A stretch of DNA of 59,947 nt, counting the filler. It is 8 parts of 8 records of this genome, joined end to end, with 100 filler letters (N's around TTAATTAATTAA, not from the genome) between each part and the next. Parts side by side here need not be neighbours in the genome. Positions count along the whole stretch, not along the records: positions 36,835 to 44,800 come from SRR31147125_78890; positions 44,901 to 51,257 come from SRR31147125_79098; positions 51,358 to 59,947 come from SRR31147125_79120; 5 more parts are not named here. One strand, 5' to 3'. The notes under the pieces are model-generated. The model saw only the letters and a list, made by a program, of their open reading frames with translations. It was not told the DNA's origin and did not search any database. A program made the translations under genes and the position numbers. Each line of letters begins with the position of its first letter. Within the stretch, counting starts at the first letter, position 1. Shown here piece by piece: positions 42,542 through 51,582 of this stretch.

Positions 42542-42941
42542 ATGGAAAAAGAAGAAATCAAACTGAAACGCCCCTTCGAATTTGAAGGCAAAACCATTGA
42601 TGCCGTTGAATTTAAATCCAGGTTAAAGGCAAAAGACATCCTGGCCAGTGAAGCGGAAATGAAAGCCAGGGGAGTTACTGATTCCGGATCCCTTTCCCAA
42701 ACCTTTTATCTGGTTTGCCGGGCTACGGGGTTGTCCCCGAAGCTTTGGAAGAAATGGATTTGAGTGATTACCTGGTGCTTGCCGACAGGTCAAGCTCTTT
42801 TTTGTAGCAGGGGGAACAGTGCGGGAAACCTGCCTTTTGTTGTCACGGTTAAGCCGGACCGGTGTTGAATTCTGGCTTGAACAATCCTTGGATGAATTGG
42901 AATTGTGGATGAATTCTATGAACAAGGTGCTTAAGGCTTAG
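42542..42941 (+). CDS. Tail assembly chaperone gpE (42542..42807) and -1 frameshift extension gpE+E' (to 42941); one C appears missing near 42735
   Basis: IKLKRPFEFEG..RLKAKDI..PEALEEMDLSDY..FL*; slippery T TTT TTG at 42798-42804; the -1 frame encodes FWLEQSLDELELWM. Confidence 0.8.
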
Positions 42942-43164
42942 CCGGGTGGGTTTCCTTACTGATATGCCGGGAAAAAGCGGCTGCGATTTTGGCGGGAACA
43001 GTGGCGATCCAAGAGAAAATGGCTCCCATCATAAGGCCGTAAATAATTCTTTCGCTTTGTGTTTCGAATACTGCCACAGGCATTCCGGCATTTTTTAATA
43101 ATCCCCATATGACAAAAGCAAATATCAAAGTCCAAAAGAACTTGCTGGATAAAACCTTAACCAT
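42931..43164 (-). CDS. Small two-TM membrane protein antisense to the tail operon (moron-like)
   Basis: 77 aa MVKVLSSKFFWTLIFAFVIWGLL..IIYGLMMGAIFSWIATVPA; fills the gap between gpE' and the tape-measure gene; AAAGGG upstream. Confidence 0.6.
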   Translation of the reverse strand: MVKVLSSKFFWTLIFAFVIWGLLKNAGMPVAVFETQSERIIYGLMMGAIFSWIATVPAKIAAAFSRHISKETHPAKP

Positions 43165-43183
43165 TTTTGAATAGACCCTTTCT

Positions 43184-44800
43184 ATGTCACATAGTTTTGA
43201 AGTTGCTTTTACCCTTGGCGCTGCTCTACAGGCAGGCTTTAAAGCCAGTATAGGCCAGGCCATTTCCCAAGTCAATAAACTTGGGGAAGAGGTAAAATCC
43301 GTTGGAGCAAATAAGCGCAGTGTTGAGCAATTCCAGGCCATGACATCCAAAATCGAAGAAACTCGGTTGGAAATGGTCAAAGCCAGGGAGCGGGCCAGGG
43401 AATTAAAAAGGGAATTTGCAGCCACGGCCAAGCCCACCCAGGCGTTGACCCGGCAGATGGAGGCCGCAAAGAAAAAATCCCAGCAGCTTAAGGCCAAGTG
43501 GAAAGAACAAAAAACGTCCCTTCAAACGCTAAAGGTTGAAATTGAAAACGCCGGGATAAGGACAAGCAACCTGGCAAGAGAACAGGGAAGACTTGCCCAA
43601 GCATATGATAAAGCCAAGGCAGCAAAGGAAAGACTGTCCAAGGCTGTAATGAAGCACGAAGGAATTCAGAATCGCCGGGAAAGCCTGCGCGGAAAAATGA
43701 TTGATGCGGTTGCTCCGGTTGCTGCCCTGACAGTCCCCGTGAAGGCGGCCATTGATTTTGAATCTGTCATGGCGGATGTAGGCAAGGTGGTTTCTCCGGA
43801 GGCGTTGAAGGGAATGGATAAGGATATCCTGAACCTTTCCACAAAAATCCCCATGGCAGCAGACGGTATCGCGTCAATTGTGGCCTCTGCCGGGCAGGCC
43901 GGTATTGCGAAAAGCCGGGAGGAATTGGTTGACTTTGCTAAAACTGCAGCCACCATGGGAGTGGCGTTTGACATGGGCGGAGCCGAATCCGGCAAGATGA
44001 TGGCGGATTGGCGGTCGGGTATGAAGCTATCCCAGGCCCGGGCCGTTGACCTGGCCAATGCGGTCAATCACCTATCCAACAACATGAATGCTCAGGCCAA
44101 GGATCTGGGGGAGGTACTCCAGCGACAAGGGGCTGTCGCCATGTCCGCCGGCCTTACTGAAACCCAGGTAGCCTCATTGAGTGCGGCCTTTCTTTCTGGA
44201 GGGGCGGCCCCCGAAATGGCGGCTACGGCTTTGAAAAACTTTACCGGTGCCCTGACCAAAGGCAAAGCCGCCACCAAATCCCAGCGTGAAGCCTTTAGCG
44301 CCCTTGGTCTGGAGGCTGAAGATATGGCGGCCAGGATGCAGGAAAATGCGCCGGCAGCCATCAAAAGCGTATTTCAGGCACTTAAGGATGCCCCCATAGA
44401 AGAGCAAAATGCTTTAGTCTCTCAGTTGTTCGGGGAAGAGTCAAAAGGTGCCATAATGCCCCTACTCAAAAATATGGAGAACCTGAAGAATGCCTTTGAC
44501 TTAACATCAGACAAACTCAAATACATGGGGTCTATGCAAAAGGAGTATGATGTCAGGTCGCAGACAACGGCTAACAGACTTGCCTTGCTCAGGAACCAGG
44601 GGAATCGGTTGGGTGTTTCATTGGGCACTGTTCTTTTGCCCGGGATCAATTCACTAATGGCCCCTATTGGGGCGGTGCTCGATAAAGCAGCATGGCTGGC
44701 CGAAACCTTCCCCACATTGACAACTGCTGTTGTCGGAACCGGTGCCGGGCTTGCGGTAATGGGGCTTGCGATTAATGCGGGCGCCTATGCATTCACTTTT
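43184..44800 (+). CDS. Phage tail tape measure protein (TP901 family), 3'-truncated
   Basis: AAIDFESVMADVGKV, ASAGQAGI, MGVAFDM, AVNHLSNN, LFGEE, GSMQKEY. Confidence 0.92.
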
Positions 44801-44900
44801 NNNNNNNNNNNNNNNNNNNNNNNNNNNNNNNNNNNNNNNNNNNNTTAATTAATTAANNNNNNNNNNNNNNNNNNNNNNNNNNNNNNNNNNNNNNNNNNNN
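44801..44900. other. Artificial contig spacer
   Basis: N run with TTAATTAATTAA. Confidence 0.99.
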
Positions 44901-44945
44901 TTTTTGTCTTGCATGTATTCCATCCTTGCTTTTGTAATATTTTCA

Positions 44946-46298
44946 TTATGATTGCGCTGCTTGAGCTGTCAGCGCGGTTAGTGCCGAACGATAGCTTGCT
45001 TTGACCTGCTCGCTCTGCGGCGATGGTGTCATCGAATCAACAACGCTCAGGCTGTACTGAATATCCGCAGTTTTCACACGCCATGCAAGCGCGTTACTGC
45101 GCACGCCATCAAGGTAAGCAGAGAAATCCTCCCCTTGCCTCACCGTCATTACAGCCACGGCACAACATATCTCATCATCAAAACCGCGGCGGCGTAATCT
45201 TTGCGGTGTTATTTTACCATTGGCACAAACATCTTGCAGCAATGCCGCCGTCTTTTCTTTGGGATCGTCGAACATATCAGCGACAGCCGTAGCGTGATGT
45301 AAATACGGTTTGCCATCCCAGTCGAAACGCTGTGTCAACAAAAACGACGCAAAACGACGCGCTTTACCGAGTTGCCAATCGGCATGCGGTATATGGGTAA
45401 CCAAGCGATTCTTTCCGGCAAAAAGCAGAATCGCAATTACTGACAAGAATATGATGATATAGACCAGATAGCCGGGTTCACCAACAAAGCTGGTATCTGG
45501 TGCGTCTGAAATAGCGTCTGTATGAATGATGGCGTAATCAATCCCAAGGCCTCCGACGCTTAGATCCGTTACCAATCCACTCGAAAAGTTCCACATCGTG
45601 TGAATGGCGCATGCGCCAAGCAAACTGCCCGTTCGCAATGTGTACAGTGCAAAAAACACTCCAAGAAGAAATAAGGTGAGCATGGACAATACCGATTGAC
45701 CGCCATTTGCTATATGAAGCAGTGCAAAAACAGCGGATGATAGAATCACGCCGCCAAGTGCACCGATTCGCTGCGATATAAACGGCATCATATAGCCACG
45801 AAACAGCACCTCTTCCGCCGATGCTTGTACCACAAACGCAGCAAAATAGACCGCAACCAGCGGGGCGATCCCCACGTACTCAAACGGCTCTGTAAGTAAT
45901 ACGGGTACAATAAATATTGCATTTAACCCTAGCCCAATCAATAAACCCAGAGAATACTCTCCTAGCCATCGCCACTTCGTTATGCCCATGGCGCTGACTT
46001 TTTGCTTTTGCATAAATCGAACAAATATTATTGTCAGCACGGTTATGATCGCATTCGAGAACAGTATTGTAAGTATGAGCTCATGTGAAACAATCGTATC
46101 GAGCATATTGTTCATCATTTGCCCGAACTCGTTATTTAGAGGCACTGACGTTGTCAAATATATAACCAAATAAATGGCGAGCGCAATGCCATAAATAAAA
46201 TATATTAGCAAGCCCGTCATCACCGTTGCAAACGCGTTCGGGGCATATCTTCCGCTCGGCATCATCGCCTGTGGATACCGTAGTATGGTTTTATTCAT
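44946..46298 (-). CDS. CPBP (CAAX/Abi) intramembrane metalloprotease fused to a degenerate RelA/SpoT-hydrolase-like HD domain
   Basis: EEVLFRG, FALLH, HTMWN; C-terminal GKPYLHH..VA, AALLQDV, GFDDEI..AV, VKTADI; SD GGAGG before ATG 46298. Confidence 0.82.
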   Translation of the reverse strand: MNKTILRYPQAMMPSGRYAPNAFATVMTGLLIYFIYGIALAIYLVIYLTTSVPLNNEFGQMMNNMLDTIVSHELILTILFSNAIITVLTIIFVRFMQKQKVSAMGITKWRWLGEYSLGLLIGLGLNAIFIVPVLLTEPFEYVGIAPLVAVYFAAFVVQASAEEVLFRGYMMPFISQRIGALGGVILSSAVFALLHIANGGQSVLSMLTLFLLGVFFALYTLRTGSLLGACAIHTMWNFSSGLVTDLSVGGLGIDYAIIHTDAISDAPDTSFVGEPGYLVYIIIFLSVIAILLFAGKNRLVTHIPHADWQLGKARRFASFLLTQRFDWDGKPYLHHATAVADMFDDPKEKTAALLQDVCANGKITPQRLRRRGFDDEICCAVAVMTVRQGEDFSAYLDGVRSNALAWRVKTADIQYSLSVVDSMTPSPQSEQVKASYRSALTALTAQAAQS

Positions 46299-46455
46299 GC
46301 TGCCTCCAATAATTATAGTTAACATCCTATATATTACCATACATACGCAAATTTATATACGGCAAATTGTAAATTATCGGGTTATTTTGACACAATTGTA
46401 TACATGTATTTCTAATCGTTATATAATATTTGTATTCTTTTTATGGAGCGAATTC

Positions 46456-46809
46456 ATGACCAAGGTACTTCGACAAGATTATACCGCTATTGTTCGAATC
46501 AAGCTAAGCGCTTTATATTTGCTAAACGTCTCCGATTTGCTTTTTACACTACTTTTACTTTCCACCGGTTGCTTTATAGAGGCGAATCCCCTCATGGCTA
46601 TGTGCATACAAAATGGTTTTGCTTGCGTATTCTATAAGCTCATTACGCCAGCTGTGCTTCTTACAATCGTCGCATTACATTTGTGCACAGCGCCTCCAGC
46701 ACAGCGGTATCGATCGCACCTGCTCATTAACGCATTGCTTGTTGTGTATATCGGGGTAATGGTGGTGCATTTAGTATCGATTGGTGCCTATTGTATATTG
46801 ATTGTTTGA
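46456..46809 (+). CDS. DUF5658-like membrane protein
   Basis: LYLLNVSDLLFT..EANPLM..YKLI, three TM segments; SD GGAG. Confidence 0.7.
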   Translation: MTKVLRQDYTAIVRIKLSALYLLNVSDLLFTLLLLSTGCFIEANPLMAMCIQNGFACVFYKLITPAVLLTIVALHLCTAPPAQRYRSHLLINALLVVYIGVMVVHLVSIGAYCILIV

Positions 46810-46816
46810 TTATATC

Positions 46817-47190
46817 CTATTCAAATTGTTCCATTCGTTTTACCGCTTTACGGTTTGCTAAAAATGCAATGATCAGAAACGTAACATTGATTATCCACAT
46901 CATGACACGTTGCCAATAGGTTGCCACGTAATGTAAGTTCAATGAAATACTAAGAACGGTATGCAGTATTGCCGCAAAAAATGCTATAATGACGGGCATA
47001 GTCTGATTATCAAACCATCTGCAACTGATAGTCCTTGCAGGATGTCATTAGACGCCCTATATTGATGCTTATTTGGATTCGCACAAACGATGATAAGACC
47101 TACTAAAAATGAAAGAAAAAAGCCCGTAAAGTATAGCCCAGCAAAACTGTATCCTTTTTTCCTAGCGATAAAAGCGGGTATCCAGCGCAA
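46817..47190 (-). pseudogene. Fragmented small membrane protein
   Basis: Two overlapping hydrophobic ORFs (IPAFIARKKGYSF.. and IIAFFAAILH..), no clean start. Confidence 0.35.
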
Positions 47191-47319
47191 GACCTGCGTT
47201 TATACCTAAAAATATATAAATAATCAAATTCCTCCACCAAAAATATTATGCATTAGTTATTATATCTATTACATATGTGTTATTTCATTTTTTAATAATG
47301 GATGTCAATAAAATTATAC

Positions 47320-47348
47320 AAAAAAAGAATGCCCGAGCCAAGGCATTC
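47320..47348 (-). terminator. Rho-independent terminator after the Cys-rich peptide gene
   Basis: GAATGCC/GGCATTC stem followed by a T-tract on the minus strand. Confidence 0.7.
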
Positions 47349-47376
47349 AAAGAGGACGTTATTTGAGTCATTAGAT

Positions 47377-47601
47377 TTAGCAGCCGCAGCCTTGATTGCC
47401 GCCGAACCCGCCGCCGAACCCGCCGCCACAGCAACAGCATATCAGCAGTATGGGTAGTATGCAGTCCAGACTGTTGTTCCCCTGATTGCCGCAGCCGCAA
47501 CCGTCATTGCCGCAGCCACATCCCTGATTACCACAGCAACAGCATAGTAAAAGCAAAATGCAAATACAATTGTTTCCTCCAAAGCATCCGTTCATGTACA
47601 T
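47377..47601 (-). CDS. Small Cys/Gly-rich repeat peptide, probably a spore coat/exosporium protein
   Basis: 74 aa with two hydrophobic-CCCCG units and GCGC repeats; strong SD AGGAGGG; promoter and terminator present. Confidence 0.75.
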   Translation of the reverse strand: MYMNGCFGGNNCICILLLLCCCCGNQGCGCGNDGCGCGNQGNNSLDCILPILLICCCCGGGFGGGFGGNQGCGC

Positions 47602-47625
47602 TCCCTCCTAAGCATTTGATACTTT

Positions 47626-47651
47626 ACTATATGCGCATGCGGGAATATGGT
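47626..47651 (-). promoter_or_regulatory. Sigma-K-like sporulation promoter
   Basis: AC-N16-CATATAGT matches the sigma-K consensus AC-N16/17-CATAnnnT. Confidence 0.6.
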
Positions 47652-47718
47652 GCGGCAACTGTACCAAAAATATTTCAATTTAATATAATGATATTAGAAC
47701 GTACAAAAGGGTGATGCT

Positions 47719-48082
47719 ATGGAGCTGCAAACAGTTTTTAAAGCGCTGAGCGACGAAACACGTCTGCGCACACTTGCATTGCTCATGCGCGGTGAGCTTT
47801 GCGTATGCCAAATTGCAAGCGTGTTGGGCTTGTCACAACCCAGCGCATCCAAGCATCTCCACCGTCTGAGCGCTGCCGGTATTATTCGCTGCCGCAAAGT
47901 ATCACAATGGTGCTTCTATTCCATATGCAACGCGTTTAAGGCTGAGTATGCAGACCTACATGCTTTTAAATGCGCAATTTAAAAAGCACCGCGAATATAC
48001 TACCGACAGCGAAATATTAACTCAGATGATTGAGTCGAGCATTTGCTGTCGTGAAGTACTAGACAGAATGAAACCCACATGA
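47719..48082 (+). CDS. ArsR/SmtB transcriptional regulator; frameshift near 47965
   Basis: FKALSDETRLR, GELCVCQI, SQPSASKHL; the second frame continues to ICCREVLDRMKPT*. Confidence 0.85.
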
Positions 48083-48191
48083 TAGTCCCGCCTACCTACC
48101 TTCATGATTCTCTGTAATAAGATGCGATTTCGTGATAGCACCAATAAAAAAGCGCCTAGTTAGCCATGGCGCAAGCTATCTTATACAATTG

Positions 48192-48788
48192 CTATGGTCT
48201 GTCCACTGTCGCTTTGATTTGCGTACATACGCCGCCATTGCAATTGCTTTGCGACACACTGCAGGCAGCAACAAACGCAATCACATCCATACGCGCTCTA
48301 AGGGTCATGCAGTCCCCCGGCTTACTTACGGGCGTTTCGACACTTAGCGAACCTTCAGATTGAATTACCGTGCGCATAAAAACATTGAGCGGTTGAATAG
48401 ACGCATGCTTTCTCAAACCGTGGGCTTGCATTTGTTCGTTGATGTTGTCCAAGCAGTTTGGATGGTAGCCCACATGACCATAGAAGCATGCGAACATCTT
48501 ACAGCTGCAGCAAGGATGAAGTATGTCGTGTTCCCCCACATCGTCTTGCACGATATCAAACATCGCTCGATATCGATTGGAATACAGCACATCCCCCATC
48601 CCCATTTTTATTGAGTCAATGCAGGCAATTGTCGCGCCGGCAGAAAAAAACTCTGAAGAATCGTTTAGGTTTACAGCAAATAAACTGGCGACTTGCTGCC
48701 CTTGAACATCTTCAATCGTAAGGCTGTCGCCGCGCCGCAGAACAAATGAATGCCCCGTTTTAGGCTGAATAAGTACTTGCTCAATCAT
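48192..48788 (-). CDS. DUF1989 (urea carboxylase-associated / YcgI-like) protein
   Basis: DVQGQQVA, LYSNRYRAM, HDILHPCC, HPNCLDN, PLNVFM, SKPGD..LRARMD, AACS. Confidence 0.88.
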   Translation of the reverse strand: MIEQVLIQPKTGHSFVLRRGDSLTIEDVQGQQVASLFAVNLNDSSEFFSAGATIACIDSIKMGMGDVLYSNRYRAMFDIVQDDVGEHDILHPCCSCKMFACFYGHVGYHPNCLDNINEQMQAHGLRKHASIQPLNVFMRTVIQSEGSLSVETPVSKPGDCMTLRARMDVIAFVAACSVSQSNCNGGVCTQIKATVDRP

Positions 48789-48972
48789 AGACTATAACTT
48801 CCTCAAATCTTGTTTCTTTTCGTTTGCTCCAAATACGCATCATCAATGCTCCCGCCAAAGCTCACTATAGAAATAACCCATTATTCAAACGTTCAAACAC
48901 GAATGTATCGCCATCTTATTCTATAGCTTAGACTGCCAACGCGCGATCAGAATGACCTTACGCAACCAAATT

Positions 48973-49004
48973 AGGCGTACAGTCTCTATCAGTACGCCTT
49001 TTTT
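48973..49004 (+). terminator. Rho-independent terminator-like hairpin
   Basis: AGGCGTAC-N11-GTACGCCT followed by TTTTT. Confidence 0.6.
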
Positions 49005-49151
49005 GTATTCTTAAACAATTAGTGGGGCGTCATCACGTTCATCATCTTCCCCATGATCTGCGTCATCACCACAAAAATAGCACCATACCTGCGTATAGCG
49101 CTATTTGGCACCGCTCATGTTAGCGGTCATACATCCAACAATGTTCGATCA

Positions 49152-51257
49152 CTATGCCAGTCTTTTCTTTATGAGCAGGAAGTACAGCGCGACCGTAATC
49201 ACCCCAGCGCCCCCAAAGCCGATTAACAACCAGATAAAACCAGTCATGCCGGATTTGTCGCTGTTCGTCTGAGGGGCAACTTGCACGTCCACCATACCAA
49301 GCGGCGTGCCTTCACTGTCTAGCGCGACAATTTCCATCACACCGTCCGAGTTAAGATCATCTTTTCTGATTTCCAGCTGCACGATACCGTCTTCCCCAAT
49401 CTCAACGATGTCTCCATTGCCCATTTGTACTGACGTTGTCCCCTCTGGCAGGTCGTTCGCGTTGATTCTTACAAGCACTATCTCTGGGTCGGATGACGAC
49501 TGCTCCACTGTCTGCGGCATAATTGACATGGTGTCATCCCCTGCGTCGGGTACGTCCACCGCGTCTTCGACCGCGCTCTGCATCGGTTCTTCTCCATCCG
49601 CGCTTTGTGTGGGCGTTGTGCCGCTCCCATCATCGCCATTGGTATCACCATCGGTTGTACCGCCGCTTGAGCCACCGGTTGTGCCGCCGGTTGAACCAAC
49701 GGTTGTGCCGCCGCTTGTTCCGCCATTATCGTCAGTGTCGTCATCATCAGCAGCTGCTGGCACATCCACCGATATGCCGCACACATCATACGCACCGTCT
49801 GCATCCGCAATAATCACCGTAACGCCTTCGGATACCGCTGTTACTGTGCCATTGTCGTCCACCGTTGCCACGTCGGTATCCGAGCTGCTCCACGATATAT
49901 CCGCTTCACTCGGCGTCAACGTTGCCGATAACGTGGCCGTATTGCCTACAGTCATAGTTTTCGTGCTGTTGCTCATCGTGACAGCCGGGCTCTGCTTTTT
50001 CACAATAACCGCGCCAGAAGCGCTCACCCCGTCTGCCGTCGCCGTGATCAGCGTGACGCCCAGTGCTTTCGCCGTCACCTTGCCTACGCCGTCCACCTCG
50101 GCCACGCTGCTGTCGTTGACCGTCCACGTCACGTGGCTGTATGTTGCGTCCTGCGGTGTTAAGGTCGTGACAAACGTATCCGTCTGACCAACAGTCAGCG
50201 TAGTGGAATCCTTGGACAGTTCGATCTCATCGACACGTACAACTTCTGTCCGGTTTTCATACGTGAGACTGATATATTCCTCATCGCTCAACGTATACTC
50301 GTTCTCTACACACACGTAGATATAGTACGAGCTGGATTGCATTAGGTTATCCCCATCATCTTTGCCGTCCCAAGAAACGCTGTACATTCCAACGGTGTCA
50401 TATGGCTGTTGTTCGATCGTTCGCACAACGTTTTTAGAATCGTCGGTGATACACACCGTTACGATTCCCGGCTGGTCGATCTCATAGCTTATCTCGTGCG
50501 TTTCGCTACCCTCAAGAATATATGAATCTTCGGTATATACAACCACGTTGGGTGCGGCAATCGTGCTGAACGGGATCGAGTTATACTGTGCGTAATCGCT
50601 CGCATGCGAGTTCGCTTGTCCGTAAATGCGTACACTACCAGAGTTCTCAAATGCATTGGTTGCGATGCTGTGTACGCTGCTGAGGATGGTCACACATTCA
50701 AGCAAAGGACACATTGAAAATGCATAGTTATCAATCAACGTAACACATCCTGGTAAAATCACTTTCTCAAGACTGATGCAATCTCTGAACAAGCTTTCGT
50801 CCACAATGGTCAAGCTTTTGGGGAGCGTCACCGTCGTCAGCGAACTGCATTTATAAAACGTGTACCTGCCGATTATCGACACGCTGTTCGGTATGGTCAC
50901 GTTCGCCATCGAAGTGCAATTATAAAACACAAAATCGCCGATGGTCGTCACTCCTTCGGGTATCGTCAGACTGGTAAACCCTGTACACCCACTAAAAGCA
51001 GAATCGCCGATTGATTTCAAGCCGTCCGGCATTGTCACACTTGTAAGCGTATCGCATGCGTAAAACGCGTATTGGCCAAGCGTTGTCACGCTCGCCGGTA
51101 TCGTGTATTCGGTATTACCTAGTCCTTTCGGATATTGTATCAGCTCCGTTTTTTGCTTATTGAACAGAACATTATCCTGCGCAGAAAAGTTTGGATTGTC
51201 GGCGGATACAACGACGCTTACCATGTTGTCACAAGCGTAAAGTGGCGCTGCGCCGAT
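49152..51257 (-). CDS. Cell-surface protein: BspA-type LRRs, FlgD-Ig-like domain, two Big_2 domains, G/T/D-rich linker, C-terminal TM; 5'-truncated
   Basis: LTSVTMPDGLKSIGDSAF repeats, WDGKDD, WSSSDTDVATVD, TM followed by KKRLA. Confidence 0.88.
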   Translation of the reverse strand: MGAAPLYACDNMVSVVVSADNPNFSAQDNVLFNKQKTELIQYPKGLGNTEYTIPASVTTLGQYAFYACDTLTSVTMPDGLKSIGDSAFSGCTGFTSLTIPEGVTTIGDFVFYNCTSMANVTIPNSVSIIGRYTFYKCSSLTTVTLPKSLTIVDESLFRDCISLEKVILPGCVTLIDNYAFSMCPLLECVTILSSVHSIATNAFENSGSVRIYGQANSHASDYAQYNSIPFSTIAAPNVVVYTEDSYILEGSETHEISYEIDQPGIVTVCITDDSKNVVRTIEQQPYDTVGMYSVSWDGKDDGDNLMQSSSYYIYVCVENEYTLSDEEYISLTYENRTEVVRVDEIELSKDSTTLTVGQTDTFVTTLTPQDATYSHVTWTVNDSSVAEVDGVGKVTAKALGVTLITATADGVSASGAVIVKKQSPAVTMSNSTKTMTVGNTATLSATLTPSEADISWSSSDTDVATVDDNGTVTAVSEGVTVIIADADGAYDVCGISVDVPAAADDDDTDDNGGTSGGTTVGSTGGTTGGSSGGTTDGDTNGDDGSGTTPTQSADGEEPMQSAVEDAVDVPDAGDDTMSIMPQTVEQSSSDPEIVLVRINANDLPEGTTSVQMGNGDIVEIGEDGIVQLEIRKDDLNSDGVMEIVALDSEGTPLGMVDVQVAPQTNSDKSGMTGFIWLLIGFGGAGVITVALYFLLIKKRLA

Positions 51258-51357
51258 NNNNNNNNNNNNNNNNNNNNNNNNNNNNNNNNNNNNNNNNNNN
51301 NTTAATTAATTAANNNNNNNNNNNNNNNNNNNNNNNNNNNNNNNNNNNNNNNNNNNN
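51258..51357. other. Artificial contig spacer
   Basis: N run with TTAATTAATTAA. Confidence 0.99.
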
Positions 51358-51582
51358 CCGCTAATATATGTCCTCATAATATTTTTAAACGCTTGAATAA
51401 AAAGGATTTTACAATAACAAACCATGCCATCAAGTATGAATTGCGTAAAGGTCATAAACACTGCAAAAATATATAATGCTTGACTTACCCAAATTCAGCA
51501 ACATATAATCTATTTTATATTCTAAAATATCTACGATTTATTTAATTTCTTTGATATTTATACTATAAAAGGAACTAAACTT

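Larger units (their letters stand above)
36835..44800 (+). mobile_element. Prophage/phage head-neck-contractile tail module (both ends truncated)
   Basis: Co-oriented, translationally coupled (TAATG overlaps) capsid, neck, sheath, tube, chaperone and tape-measure genes. Confidence 0.93.

Noticed and set aside
36835-44800. Tail cluster as a tailocin or contractile injection system
   Set aside because: Capsid, decoration and neck genes precede the tail genes, indicating a phage virion module
44946-47601. Cys-rich peptide plus CAAX protease as a RiPP/bacteriocin cluster
   Set aside because: No modifying enzyme, transporter or leader motif; the peptide gene is monocistronic with a sporulation-type promoter and is separated by unrelated genes
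48789-49150. Guanidine riboswitch upstream of the DUF1989 gene
   Set aside because: I could not find guanidine-I or -II consensus features by eye, and the gene lacks a paralog partner or carboxylase; an Rfam scan would settle it
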